Below, piece by piece: positions 10,121 to 20,271 of a stretch of DNA of 64,000 nucleotides (position 1 is the stretch's first letter; each line of letters opens with the position of its first letter). The stretch covers positions 256,001 to 320,000 of the forward strand of contig JBFWJS010000002.1 in NCBI GenBank assembly GCA_050253075.1, in the 5' to 3' direction. Under the pieces are notes generated by a model. The model was not told where the DNA came from, made no database searches, and saw only the letters and a program-made list of their open reading frames with translations. Source of the DNA: Deferribacterales bacterium. GTDB taxonomy: Bacteria; Chrysiogenota; Deferribacteres; Deferribacterales; Geovibrionaceae. The translations under genes and the position numbers were made by a program.

Positions 10121-10297
10121 CTTATTAATATAGTCAGCACATCTTAAAAATACCTTAAAAAAAGACCTGTAATTTATATACTTTTAGTGATATTTTATTA
10201 AAATAGTTCGTCTGCATATCTCACAAAAGAGATAAACTTTTTATAGATTTTATGAATTTTATTTGAAAAGAAAAAACGCAATAAGATATAATAATAT

Positions 10298-13200
10298 ATG
10301 AAACACTATACACAAACAAGCCAATACATTATTGAACGAAACAAGAAGATAGAGGAATTCGCACATATCAAGGAAGGCAAAAGCATCTTCCTCATCAGTG
10401 CCATGCCGGGGTCAGGAAAAACCACATTTGCACTGCAGGCAGCAGAGAGCCTGTATCAGACCACTATCTATTATGCCATAACTGACGCAGACAAAGACCC
10501 GATATATTTCTGCCGAAACTTTTATAAGGCAATCAGGGAAGCTCTGCCGAAATTTAAATGCGCAGAAATGGAAACTGAAGAACTGGACAAACTGCAGTAT
10601 GAAACATACCTGAAAGCCGTCATAAAAAACCTGAAAAAACATAACAGGAAAAACACGGCGATAATACTGGACAACGTACACCTGCTCCCCCCTATGGGTC
10701 TGGGATGTACCGCAGTCCGCACCACCATAGCCACAGCATCGGAAAAGCTGCATTTCTTCGTCTGTTCCACCAGAATGTGCCACGACAACGCTCTGGCCGT
10801 GAAGAGAGAAAAGGACATGCTCCGCATCGGCACAGATTTCTTTAAATTCAGAAAAGATGAATTCAGCAGACTCGCTCTGATAGCCATGCAGGACAGAACA
10901 GACTTTGCAGGGACAGAGGATATATACACACTATCAGACGGATGGGCAATGGGTATAGCCGCAGGCTTCAGTATTTTCAAAAGCATGGGAAGCATCGACA
11001 CGGATGCCCTGATAGAAAGCCTTGATACACATTTTACCGAATCGATTATCCCGTCGGAGGAACAGTTTATAACAGAGATGTTCCCCATATTATCCTATCT
11101 GGACGAGATACCGATAGACCTGCTGATCATATATGCCGAAAATACAAAGCTCGTTAACTACCTGATAATGCTGTACGACAACAATGTCTTCATCAGCAAG
11201 TCTGAGAAGAACACATACATAATACACCCGCTCTTCCGCATGTGGCTGGAAAAGAAAGCGAACAAATCCATCAAGAATGTCGAAAAAGAAATATTCCTGA
11301 GCATGGCGGCTAACCGCTCACTTGAGCACGGCGATGTCATAACTGCTCTGAAATATCTTATACAAGGGAAGCTGTATTCACAGCTGGAGCAGATGATAAA
11401 GACCCATCTGGACTTCTTCCCCTGCAGCAACAGCGATATAGAGATAAACGGACTGCTGTCTCAGATACCTGAGAACATCATAAAGAAAACCCTATGGACA
11501 TCCATGGCATACGGCATCACATCCATGAACCTGAACCCCGAGCACGCCTATGCCATATTTAAATTCACCTACGATATATTCACAAAAACAGACGACAAGG
11601 TCGGCAGACTGCTGGCAGCATCGGGGCTTATAAACTTTCACTTTTTCCTGAAGTCAAACATACCTCTGGGGATGGAATACCACAACATCTCAAAGGCTCT
11701 GCTGGCAGAGCTGGAAGACAGCCTCTCCGATGTGAAGATAGGCGCAGTCGCCATATCCATAGCATACGGCGGCATGCTCAATGCTCCGCTGAACGAAAGC
11801 AAGATGTTCCTCGAAAAGGGTCAGAATGCCGTGGATAAACTGCATCTGCCGAAGCTCAAACACAGACTGCACTTCACATACGGGCTATTTTACGAGCTGA
11901 CATCAAACATGGCGATGTATAAAAAGCATACAAATCTGCTGATAGACATAGCGAAAGCCCCAGTGGGAAACGGACTGGTCTACACTGCTATGCTGATGAA
12001 GATGCACAGGTATTTCTCTATGAACGGCGACAGCAGCGCGGAGACACTGATATCCTCGTACGTACGCACGAATTGCCGCAACATGCTCTCAGCCAGCCAC
12101 GTTTACAGCTCGCTCATAGAGCTGTACGACTCTGACATGGCCCTATACACCGGCGAGACAGCTAAGCTGCACGAATATATGAGCAAGCTGGATTTCACCA
12201 ACCCCGAATACCTGCCTGCGTTCCTTTCGTCCAATGTTACAGCCTATAAAGCACTGTTGAAGGCTCTGGACTCTGACGAGGGTGCATTGAAGCTGACCGA
12301 CGAAGCATATGACGTAGCATCAGCAAGCGGCATGACAGACTATCACCTATGCAGATATATACTCTATAAAGGCGCATGTTACACTCTGCTCGGCATGCAC
12401 AGCGAAGCGAATAAAACCCTGCTCAAAACTTTGGAAACAGCACAGAACGAAGGTAACGATGCAATAGCAACATCAGCAGCCGCATACCTTTCATATCTGC
12501 ACAGCGCCATAGGAGACATGGCGACAGCAGAAGAATATGCCGTGACAGCCATGAAGTACCTCATAAAGAACCGACACGTGAAATTCCTGTGGGGCACACC
12601 CTACATAGTGCAGAACATGCTGCGTATGGCGCACAATGAAGTAACGGTAAAAGAAGAAGTGGAGCAGTTCGCCTATGAACACTGCGATCTTTGCTTCAGC
12701 TCCGAGGGGGAGATGATCCCCGTCATGACAGTGAAGACCTTCGGCGATATAGAGCTCCGCATAGGCGAAGCCGTGATGAAGTCCGACCAGCTAGCAGGTA
12801 ACTTCAGGCTGATGGTAGCCATACTGCTCTCCACAGCAAACAACACCATCCATCAGGAGAAGATACAGTCATACATATGGCCGACCAGCAACAAAGACCA
12901 CGCCAGAAAGAGCTTTGACAACCTGCTCTCACGTTTCAGGAAACTGCTGTCAGACACCTTCTACGGCATAAATCCGAAAGAATACATAAGCATCAGCAAC
13001 GGCATACTTAGACTTACAAATGTAAAAAGCAGTGCGGATGTCTTCATAACCGAGTGCGAAAACGGCGCAGCCGCTATGAAAAACCACGACTTCACCGAAG
13101 CCATAAGGTGCACGGCAAAGATCAAAGACCTGTTCGTAGACAAATTCTTCCCGCACATTATCGGCATAGAGAGCATAGACTCTAAGAGGGAAACCGCAGA

Positions 13201-13471
13201 CAGAGCAGCCATAAAGATGATGCACATGATACAGGATATGAATAAGCTCTTCCCCGACATCATACAGATGGATACATACATAGCCAAATGGCTGGATATA
13301 TTCCTCCATGAGACGGATATGGTGAAGATAGCCTATAAATTTTATTCCGATAAAGGGGATAAGGTGAAATGCAGGAATATCATAAAGAAATTCACCGCAC
13401 TGCTTGAAACGGAAGAATTCACTCAGGAGGAGATAGACGAGCTGATATTTTCTATCAAAGCTGCCGTCTAG
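10298..13471 (+). CDS. Large MalT-like (STAND ATPase, TPR) transcriptional regulator with C-terminal winged-helix/BTAD region
   Basis: N-terminal P-loop AMPGSGKTT, IILDNVH, DGWAMG, IHPLFR; C-terminal VKTFGDIELR...IWP...FDNLLSRFRKLL typical of SARP/BTAD. Confidence 0.75.
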   Translation: MKHYTQTSQYIIERNKKIEEFAHIKEGKSIFLISAMPGSGKTTFALQAAESLYQTTIYYAITDADKDPIYFCRNFYKAIREALPKFKCAEMETEELDKLQYETYLKAVIKNLKKHNRKNTAIILDNVHLLPPMGLGCTAVRTTIATASEKLHFFVCSTRMCHDNALAVKREKDMLRIGTDFFKFRKDEFSRLALIAMQDRTDFAGTEDIYTLSDGWAMGIAAGFSIFKSMGSIDTDALIESLDTHFTESIIPSEEQFITEMFPILSYLDEIPIDLLIIYAENTKLVNYLIMLYDNNVFISKSEKNTYIIHPLFRMWLEKKANKSIKNVEKEIFLSMAANRSLEHGDVITALKYLIQGKLYSQLEQMIKTHLDFFPCSNSDIEINGLLSQIPENIIKKTLWTSMAYGITSMNLNPEHAYAIFKFTYDIFTKTDDKVGRLLAASGLINFHFFLKSNIPLGMEYHNISKALLAELEDSLSDVKIGAVAISIAYGGMLNAPLNESKMFLEKGQNAVDKLHLPKLKHRLHFTYGLFYELTSNMAMYKKHTNLLIDIAKAPVGNGLVYTAMLMKMHRYFSMNGDSSAETLISSYVRTNCRNMLSASHVYSSLIELYDSDMALYTGETAKLHEYMSKLDFTNPEYLPAFLSSNVTAYKALLKALDSDEGALKLTDEAYDVASASGMTDYHLCRYILYKGACYTLLGMHSEANKTLLKTLETAQNEGNDAIATSAAAYLSYLHSAIGDMATAEEYAVTAMKYLIKNRHVKFLWGTPYIVQNMLRMAHNEVTVKEEVEQFAYEHCDLCFSSEGEMIPVMTVKTFGDIELRIGEAVMKSDQLAGNFRLMVAILLSTANNTIHQEKIQSYIWPTSNKDHARKSFDNLLSRFRKLLSDTFYGINPKEYISISNGILRLTNVKSSADVFITECENGAAAMKNHDFTEAIRCTAKIKDLFVDKFFPHIIGIESIDSKRETADRAAIKMMHMIQDMNKLFPDIIQMDTYIAKWLDIFLHETDMVKIAYKFYSDKGDKVKCRNIIKKFTALLETEEFTQEEIDELIFSIKAAV

Positions 13472-13953
13472 GCTTCCAGTATCTTTTTAAGAAGGCACGA
13501 AGAGGCGATCCTGCCGTGCTCTTTCAGCACAGCGTCTATGTCCTGATTGCCCTCTGAGCGTTCCTTACGGATGCGTCTTTCTATATTTTCCTTCACAAGG
13601 GTCTGCACATCCTCTGCCGATCTTTTGGAAATATTGCTGAGTATGAGCTCTGCCACGCTTTTATCATCGATATACCAGACGGCATAGGCGATGTCCTCGA
13701 TCTTTACATTGCGCAGGATACCCTGCAGGCTCGGACGGTATTTAACCACGGCATCCTTCAAAGAAGACTGCAGAGCCTCTCTGCTCATCACGTCGTCTTC
13801 TTTCAACGCAGAGTCTATGAGAGCGTTCAGGAATTTCAGCTCGGATGAAGAGAAGCTGATGCGGATGCGTTTATCCACGGTCAGAATGAATTCTTCGCCG
13901 TTTTCCGCCTTTTCCACATTTATGTTCGTGTTGTCATCAAGCTTTACCTGCAT
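13468..13953 (-). CDS. Stand-alone FliG C-terminal-domain-like protein
   Basis: LQGILRNVKIEDIAYA...ELILSNISKRSAEDV resembles FliG-C (IQ.iLR.V...lA.AL...i..NMS.RAA). Confidence 0.6.
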   Translation of the reverse strand: MQVKLDDNTNINVEKAENGEEFILTVDKRIRISFSSSELKFLNALIDSALKEDDVMSREALQSSLKDAVVKYRPSLQGILRNVKIEDIAYAVWYIDDKSVAELILSNISKRSAEDVQTLVKENIERRIRKERSEGNQDIDAVLKEHGRIASSCLLKKILEA

Positions 13954-14054
13954 GGCTCTCTCCTTGTGCTTTAACTATTATAGATTTATTTAGCGGGTGT
14001 TGCACAGTAGAATTTTTATGGAGAAAAGAAAAAAGCGGAGCCGAAGCCTAAGCC

Positions 14055-14285
14055 TAAGCTGTTTAAAAGATTTGTTGCAGAATCTCTAAAACAAACACAG
14101 CCACGTCATTCTGAGCTGAGCGAAGAATCTGATACCATTAGAGAACCCACGTGTTCAGATCCTTCGGCTAAAGCCTCAGGATGACGAAAAATTTTTCTGA
14201 AACAAAAAAATCCCCGATGTTACTATAAACAAGGGGGATTTTATTATTGTGGGGCAAAATTTCAACACATCTTTTAAATGACTTA
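14055..14285. mobile_element. MITE copy 2 (231 bp), opposite orientation to copy 1
   Basis: TIRs TAAGCTGTTTAAAAGATTTGTTG / (rc) TAAGTCATTTAAAAGATGTGTTG; flanked by GAGCCGAAGCC / GAGCCAAAGCC inside a split terminator AAAGCGG...CCGCTTT. Confidence 0.78.
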
Positions 14286-14328
14286 GAGCCAAAGCCCCGC
14301 TTTGCAAGTGTTTAAATTTATGAGACGA

Positions 14329-15357
14329 TCACTTGGCAGCGGCTCTCGCCTCTGCGAGCCATCCGTCCCATGTTGCTTTATTATTTGCTATCCACTCGTC
14401 GGCATGCTTTGCGATGTCTTTCGCAGACTTCTCGCCTTCGTTCATGCGTGTGTTCTGAGCATTGATATCCAAGAGAGGAATTTTGAAGTCTTTCAGGAAT
14501 TTAGCGGCGGCAGGGTTCTTTTCGAGAAACTTCTTATTAGCCACTGTCATGATATCCGCAACGACAAATCCGAGCTTCACCGGATCAGTCACTGCTCCTG
14601 TCACACCGGAAACTTCCATCCTCTCCACTGCAGATTTCTGTGCATCCGTAGGATTTGTCTCTGGTACGTTTATCCATACGACATCTTTCCCCGGCTGCAT
14701 TTTAAATATAGTCCAGTTCGGTGACCATGTATAAAAGAATACAGGCTCGCCGTTCTTAAATTTTGCCAGACCTTCCGCCATGCTGGCAGAATAAGAGGCT
14801 TTGATAGGATTAATGTATTTGTCCAGTCCGTAAACGTCGAAGTGGTGAGTGATAACTTTTTCACATCCCCATCCCGGAGGACAAGCGATCAGGTCTGCTT
14901 TGCCGTCGCCGTTTGTGTCGAATGCTTTCATGACTTCAGGTCTTTTGAAGTCTTCGAGAGATTTGATGTTATACTCTTCTGCGTATTTCTTGCTTACGAG
15001 GTAGCCTTGCAGACCGCCCGCTTTAACCACGTAGCCGAGCTTTTCGGCTTTTTTATCAAAGTTTTTCGGAAGCTGTGCGTCATGCATAGGGAACCATCCG
15101 TTAACCCAGTAGTCAACATCGCCGAGGGCGACAGACTGATAAAAGAGCGGCACGGCGAGGTCTTTCACCTTTTTCACTTTATATCCGAGCTCTTCGAGCC
15201 CTTTTCTAGCCAGCTCCTCGGTAAAGAAGCCTGTGTCCCATGTCGCTCTGGCAGGCTGAAGTGTTACACCCTTGCCCGGCTTCATGTTGTCGGCAAATGC
15301 CGTAAATGTCATAGCGGCAGCTATAGCCACCGTCATCACAAAGATTTTCAATTTCAT
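14329..15357 (-). CDS. proX: Glycine betaine/proline ABC transporter substrate-binding protein
   Basis: Signal peptide; FDTNGDGKADL, CPPGWGC, YTWSPNW. Confidence 0.93.
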   Translation of the reverse strand: MKLKIFVMTVAIAAAMTFTAFADNMKPGKGVTLQPARATWDTGFFTEELARKGLEELGYKVKKVKDLAVPLFYQSVALGDVDYWVNGWFPMHDAQLPKNFDKKAEKLGYVVKAGGLQGYLVSKKYAEEYNIKSLEDFKRPEVMKAFDTNGDGKADLIACPPGWGCEKVITHHFDVYGLDKYINPIKASYSASMAEGLAKFKNGEPVFFYTWSPNWTIFKMQPGKDVVWINVPETNPTDAQKSAVERMEVSGVTGAVTDPVKLGFVVADIMTVANKKFLEKNPAAAKFLKDFKIPLLDINAQNTRMNEGEKSAKDIAKHADEWIANNKATWDGWLAEARAAAK

Positions 15358-15382
15358 ATCATTCCTCCGTTTATGTCTAAAA

Positions 15383-16222
15383 TTATTTTGTTCCCATACC
15401 CTGTGTGATTCTGTCGAGCACCATAGCCATCAGCACGATGGCCAGACCGCCTATGGTCGCCAGACCGATATCAAGGGTATTCAGCCCCTGAAACACAGGT
15501 GTACCGAGACCGCCCGCACCGATAAGCGCAGCGATGACCACCATCGAAAGAGACATCATTATTGTCTGATTAAGCCCCGCCATTATGGAAGGCATGGCAA
15601 GAGGTATCTGAACCTTTCTCAGCACCTGCGAAGGTGTAGCACCGAAAGAAACGGCAGCTTCCACCAGCTCAGGGTGAACCTGTCTTATGCCGAGCCCCGT
15701 CAGCCTGATGATAGGAGGCATTGCGAAAACTATCGTCGCCAGCACACCCGATACCGTTCCGATGCTGAAGAGCATCACCACAGGCACAAGGTAAACGAAC
15801 GCGGGGGTGGTCTGCATGGCGTCTAGAAAGGGTCTGATAAACGACTCAAACCTGTCGCTCCGCCCAGACCATATGCCGAGGGGTATCCCCACCACGGCAC
15901 AAAAGAAAACCGAGCAGATCACCATAGCCAGCGTGACCATGGCATCCTCCCACAGACCGAGCATGCCTATCAGCATCATGGTGAAAACAGTGAAAAGAGT
16001 TACCCTCTTCCCTGCGTATCTGAATGCCAGAAAGGCTAGTATTATTATGAGGAGCAGCGGATGCATGGATGTCAGTGCCCATGTGATGGCGTCTAGAGAC
16101 TTCTCCACAGGGAACTTTATAAGCTGAAAGACATCACGGTAGTTCTCCACGAGGAAGTCGACACCGTCCTGTATCCATCTGTCCATCGGTATTATTCTGT
16201 CTTCGAAATCAAAAAAGCTCAT
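15383..16222 (-). CDS. proW: Glycine betaine/proline ABC transporter permease
   Basis: LDAMQTTPAFVYLVP, EAA loop, AGLNQTIMMSLSMVV. Confidence 0.95.
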   Translation of the reverse strand: MSFFDFEDRIIPMDRWIQDGVDFLVENYRDVFQLIKFPVEKSLDAITWALTSMHPLLLIIILAFLAFRYAGKRVTLFTVFTMMLIGMLGLWEDAMVTLAMVICSVFFCAVVGIPLGIWSGRSDRFESFIRPFLDAMQTTPAFVYLVPVVMLFSIGTVSGVLATIVFAMPPIIRLTGLGIRQVHPELVEAAVSFGATPSQVLRKVQIPLAMPSIMAGLNQTIMMSLSMVVIAALIGAGGLGTPVFQGLNTLDIGLATIGGLAIVLMAMVLDRITQGMGTK

Positions 16223-17427
16223 TATGCACCCTCCCCGCTTCTATGGAGCGTTTTGAGGAAGGTGTTCTTAGAGATCACTCCCATATATTCCCCGTTTTCG
16301 TTTAAAACGGGTGCGGGCCACGGCTTTGCCGCCACCACCGGCAGTATATCCTGAAGGGAGTCCGTCGCCTGTACGGCTGTCACATCCGCCAGAAATGCAT
16401 TCGATATATTCTTATCTTCAGCATCCACCAGCTCCTGCAGCCCCTCCACGGAAACAACGCCTTCAAACTTATTATCTTTATCCACGACATACCCATAGTC
16501 TCTGTCCTGAGTGGTAAGCCTTTGCAGGGATGATCTGGGGCCGTCACCGGGGTGCTTGATTATCGTCACCTGAGTCTTTCTGGCTATGTCGCCCGCCGAA
16601 AGGATGTTTGTAGGATCTACCCCTCTGAAAAATGCTCTGACATAGTCGTCTGCGGGGTTTTGAAGAATCTCTTCTGGTGTGCCCACCTGTACGACACGTC
16701 CGCCTTCCATGATGGCTATCCTGTCGCCTATGCGCATGGCTTCGTCAAGGTCGTGGGATATGAATACGATGGTTCGCTTTGCCTTTGACTGCAGCTTTAT
16801 CAGCTCGTCCTGCATCTCGCTCCGTATCAGCGGGTCGAGGGCACTGAAAGCCTCGTCCATCAGCATAACACCCGGATTCACTGCGAGAGCTCTGGCGAGC
16901 CCCACACGCTGTTTCATCCCTCCTGAGAGTTCGTCAGGCATGCTTTCTGCCCATGCGTCCAGCCCTACCTGCTCCAGTGCCTTTCTGGCTCTGTCCTCTC
17001 TCTCTGCTTTATCCACGCCCGACAGCTCCAGACCGAATGCGGTGTTTTCCACCACCGACATATGCGGCATAAGAGCGAAAGACTGAAAAACCATAGATAG
17101 ATCACGTCTGCGTATGTTCAGCAGCTGTTCCTTCCCCATGGATGCGACGTCCTCTCCGTCTACGTATACATGTCCGAACGTTGGCTCGATAAGCCTGTTC
17201 AGCATACGCACCAGAGTGGATTTCCCCGATCCGGAAAGCCCCATGACGACAAATATCTCACCCTCGTAAACAGTGAAACTAGCGTCCTGAACACCGACGG
17301 TCATCCCCGTCTTTTCCAGTATCTCCTCTTTCGTAAGTCCTTTGCCGAGCAGCTCTTTTGCCTTTTCAGGCTTTGGGCCGAAAATCTTATACAGATTCTC
17401 GACCCGTATCTTCTCTTTTGCGCTCAT
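16222..17427 (-). CDS. proV: Glycine betaine/proline ABC transporter ATP-binding protein with CBS domains
   Basis: [29 protein letters not shown]. Confidence 0.95.
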   Translation of the reverse strand: MSAKEKIRVENLYKIFGPKPEKAKELLGKGLTKEEILEKTGMTVGVQDASFTVYEGEIFVVMGLSGSGKSTLVRMLNRLIEPTFGHVYVDGEDVASMGKEQLLNIRRRDLSMVFQSFALMPHMSVVENTAFGLELSGVDKAEREDRARKALEQVGLDAWAESMPDELSGGMKQRVGLARALAVNPGVMLMDEAFSALDPLIRSEMQDELIKLQSKAKRTIVFISHDLDEAMRIGDRIAIMEGGRVVQVGTPEEILQNPADDYVRAFFRGVDPTNILSAGDIARKTQVTIIKHPGDGPRSSLQRLTTQDRDYGYVVDKDNKFEGVVSVEGLQELVDAEDKNISNAFLADVTAVQATDSLQDILPVVAAKPWPAPVLNENGEYMGVISKNTFLKTLHRSGEGA

Positions 17428-17651
17428 TATTGTCCTCTGAAATATTAATACATTAAAATAGTATCTATATATATTTTATATATGAATCATTTTAGAGAAA
17501 GATGGATGATATGTCAACCTGTCGGAATTTATTGCCGGTATTGGGTTTCGAATTATTTCGTTAAAAAAATTAAATAATTTTCTTGAACGGACAGTAGTTG
17601 TATTATAAGCTATCTGAAATTTGTACAACACAATTATACAAAGGGGATATG

Positions 17652-19073
17652 ATGAAGGAATACAGAATCTTAACAGGCGGCATGGGGGCCGGAGTATCAA
17701 ATTGGGAGCTTGCCAAAGCAGTAGGAAAATGCGGACAGATAGGCGTTATATCCGGCACTGCTATGGATGTCATCCTCGCAAGAAGACTCCAGGAGGGCGA
17801 CAAAGACGGCAATATGCGCCGTGCGCTCGCTGAATTCCCTCTCAAAAATGTAGCTGAAAGAATAATCAGTGAATACTTCATCGAAGGCGGTAAGGAGGCA
17901 GACGCTTCTTACAAGCCTGTTCCGATGTATACTATCGAGCCCGAGCAGGAGCTTTTCGAGCTTACTGTTGCGGCAAACTTTGTGGAGACATTCCTTGCAA
18001 AGGAAGGCCACGACAACCCTATCGGCATGAACCTTATGGAAAAAGTTACACTGCCTAACCTCGCCTCTATATACGGCGGGATGCTGGCAGGCATAGACTA
18101 TATAGTTATGGGCGCAGGTATCCCTAGAGAGATCCCCGGCGTCATCGAAGCATTTTCAAAAGGCGAAGACGCATCAATCCGCATAAATGTGGAAGGTGCA
18201 GACAAAGACGAAGAATACCGCATGCATTTCAGCCCGAAAGCCATCATGGGTGATAAACTCACTGAGCTCGCAAGGCCGAAGTTCTATGCTATCGTATCTT
18301 CGAACATCCTCGCCACTACACTCGTTAAAAAGACAAAACCCGCTGTTGACGGGCTCGTTATCGAGCACAACTCAGCAGGCGGACACAACGCTCCCCCACG
18401 CGGAGGCATTGTCCTCGACGAAGGCGGCGAGCCGATATACTCTGAAAAAGACGAAGTAGACATGGAAAAGATCCGCTCTCTGAACGTGCCTTTCTGGCTC
18501 GCAGGTTCATGGGGCGAGGCTTGTAAGCTCAAAGAGGCCATCGCAGAAGGCGCTCAGGGCATACAGATAGGCACACTCTTTGCCATGTGTAAGGAATCAG
18601 GCTTCCTCGAAAATATCAAGAAGTCCATTCTAGATATGATGCCTGACGTTTTCACCGATCCGAAAGCATCACCGACAGGTTTCCCTTTTAAAGTTGTAAA
18701 ACTCGAGGGGACTCTCGCTATGCTCGAAACATATCTCAAACGCCCGAGGATATGCAACCTCGGCTACCTCCGCTCTGTTTATAAAAAGGCAGACGGATCA
18801 CTCGGATACCGCTGTGCAGCCGAGCCTATCAAGGCTTTCATCAAAAAAGGCGGTAAAGAGGAAGATGCCGAAGGCAGAAAGTGTCTTTGCAACGCATTGG
18901 TTGCAAATATCGGACTGCCCGAAGTCTATAAAAACGGATATGTAGAGCAGACTCTCATCACTGCAGGAGACACTCTTAAGAAAGTTCGTGAATTCATAAA
19001 AGAAGGAACTGAGCTGACAGTAGCAGATGTCATTGAAGCACTGATGATGGACATCAGCCCTTCAAAAGCGTAA
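17652..19073 (+). CDS. Nitronate monooxygenase / 2-nitropropane dioxygenase-like flavoprotein
   Basis: GGMGAGVS, MGAGIP, AGGHNAPPRG, GIQIGTLF, C-terminal KCLCNAL; start moved behind AAGGGG. Confidence 0.82.
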   Translation: MKEYRILTGGMGAGVSNWELAKAVGKCGQIGVISGTAMDVILARRLQEGDKDGNMRRALAEFPLKNVAERIISEYFIEGGKEADASYKPVPMYTIEPEQELFELTVAANFVETFLAKEGHDNPIGMNLMEKVTLPNLASIYGGMLAGIDYIVMGAGIPREIPGVIEAFSKGEDASIRINVEGADKDEEYRMHFSPKAIMGDKLTELARPKFYAIVSSNILATTLVKKTKPAVDGLVIEHNSAGGHNAPPRGGIVLDEGGEPIYSEKDEVDMEKIRSLNVPFWLAGSWGEACKLKEAIAEGAQGIQIGTLFAMCKESGFLENIKKSILDMMPDVFTDPKASPTGFPFKVVKLEGTLAMLETYLKRPRICNLGYLRSVYKKADGSLGYRCAAEPIKAFIKKGGKEEDAEGRKCLCNALVANIGLPEVYKNGYVEQTLITAGDTLKKVREFIKEGTELTVADVIEALMMDISPSKA

Positions 19074-19077
19074 AAGA

Positions 19078-19524
19078 CTAAATATACTTTCGAAAACCGA
19101 CATAGTCTGTTTCTGTCCAGCCGTGCTTTTTATAAAAGGCGATGGCAGATTCATTCTGTTGATACACCATGAGCTGCAGCCTTGATACACCCTCGGATTT
19201 CGCATATTTTTCGATATGATCGAGCAGCAGACTGCCTATGCCCATGCCGGAGTATGCTTCATCCACCACGACATCCTCCACTACTCCCGCATACCCGCCC
19301 TGTACGGTGGATATGAAGAGGTGCAGGCTGCACATGCCGACGACATTACCTTCGAGCTCTGCCACAAAGACATCCGCAATATTGCTTTCCAGAACCAGAG
19401 AAAAGCCCTTTTTCTGAGCCTCCTGCTTATTAGGAAAGTCACTCTCAAGGCTGAGGAGATAGTCCATCAGCTTCAGCAGTGATTCCATGTCTTTCTTTTC
19501 AGCTTTGCGAATAATAATGTCCAT
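19078..19524 (-). CDS. GNAT family N-acetyltransferase
   Basis: VVVDEAYSGMGIGSLLL acetyl-CoA motif; NESAIAFYKKHGW. Confidence 0.9.
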   Translation of the reverse strand: MDIIIRKAEKKDMESLLKLMDYLLSLESDFPNKQEAQKKGFSLVLESNIADVFVAELEGNVVGMCSLHLFISTVQGGYAGVVEDVVVDEAYSGMGIGSLLLDHIEKYAKSEGVSRLQLMVYQQNESAIAFYKKHGWTETDYVGFRKYI

Positions 19525-19593
19525 ATGGCAGCTCCGACTTTTATCAGAAACTATAATACCTTATGGTGCATTTATTTCAACAGGTAATAATTT

Positions 19594-20271
19594 TTAAACT
19601 TCTATCTTATAACCCACGCCGTAAATGGTGTGTACCACATTGTCTGAAACATGCTCTGCGAGTTTCTTACGCAGGTTTTTTATATGGCTGTCCACGGTGC
19701 GTTCGTAGCCTTCGAATTCGTATCCGTGAACGCTGGATATCAGGTCAGACCTGGAAAAAACAACGCCCGGATGCTTTGCCATTGTGAGCAGCAGCATGAA
19801 CTCGCTTCTGGTCAGCACGATATCCTTGCCGTCGCCTGAAACTTTGAAAAGCTCAGGATAAATGGTCAGCCTGCCTATGCTTATGGTCTGTACCGGGCTT
19901 TCGGGGCTTGTCCTGCGGAGTACTGCTTTCAGCCTTGCCACCACTTCTCTCGGGCTGAAAGGCTTACAGATATAGTCGTCTGCGCCAAGCTCCAGTCCGA
20001 TGAGCCTGTCTATCTCCTCCACCTTTGCCGTGAGCATTATCACAGGCAGGGCGGATTTCTTACGTATCCCTTTGCATATCTCCAGACCGTCTACCTCAGG
20101 GAGCATGACGTCGAGAATGACCGCATCGGGTGATATCCTTTCCACGGTCTCCAGTGCTCCTTTTCCGCTGCCGTGCACATGGGCTTCAAAACCTGCCTGT
20201 GCTAGGTAGTCTTTAAGAAGCAGAGCTATTTGCTCTTCGTCTTCTATTATGAGTATTCTTTTATTCATCAT
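19594..20271 (-). CDS. OmpR-family response regulator (BaeR-like)
   Basis: ILIIEDE, LDVMLP, GADDYICKPF, RTVDSHIKNLRKKL. Confidence 0.93.
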   Translation of the reverse strand: MMNKRILIIEDEEQIALLLKDYLAQAGFEAHVHGSGKGALETVERISPDAVILDVMLPEVDGLEICKGIRKKSALPVIMLTAKVEEIDRLIGLELGADDYICKPFSPREVVARLKAVLRRTSPESPVQTISIGRLTIYPELFKVSGDGKDIVLTRSEFMLLLTMAKHPGVVFSRSDLISSVHGYEFEGYERTVDSHIKNLRKKLAEHVSDNVVHTIYGVGYKIEV

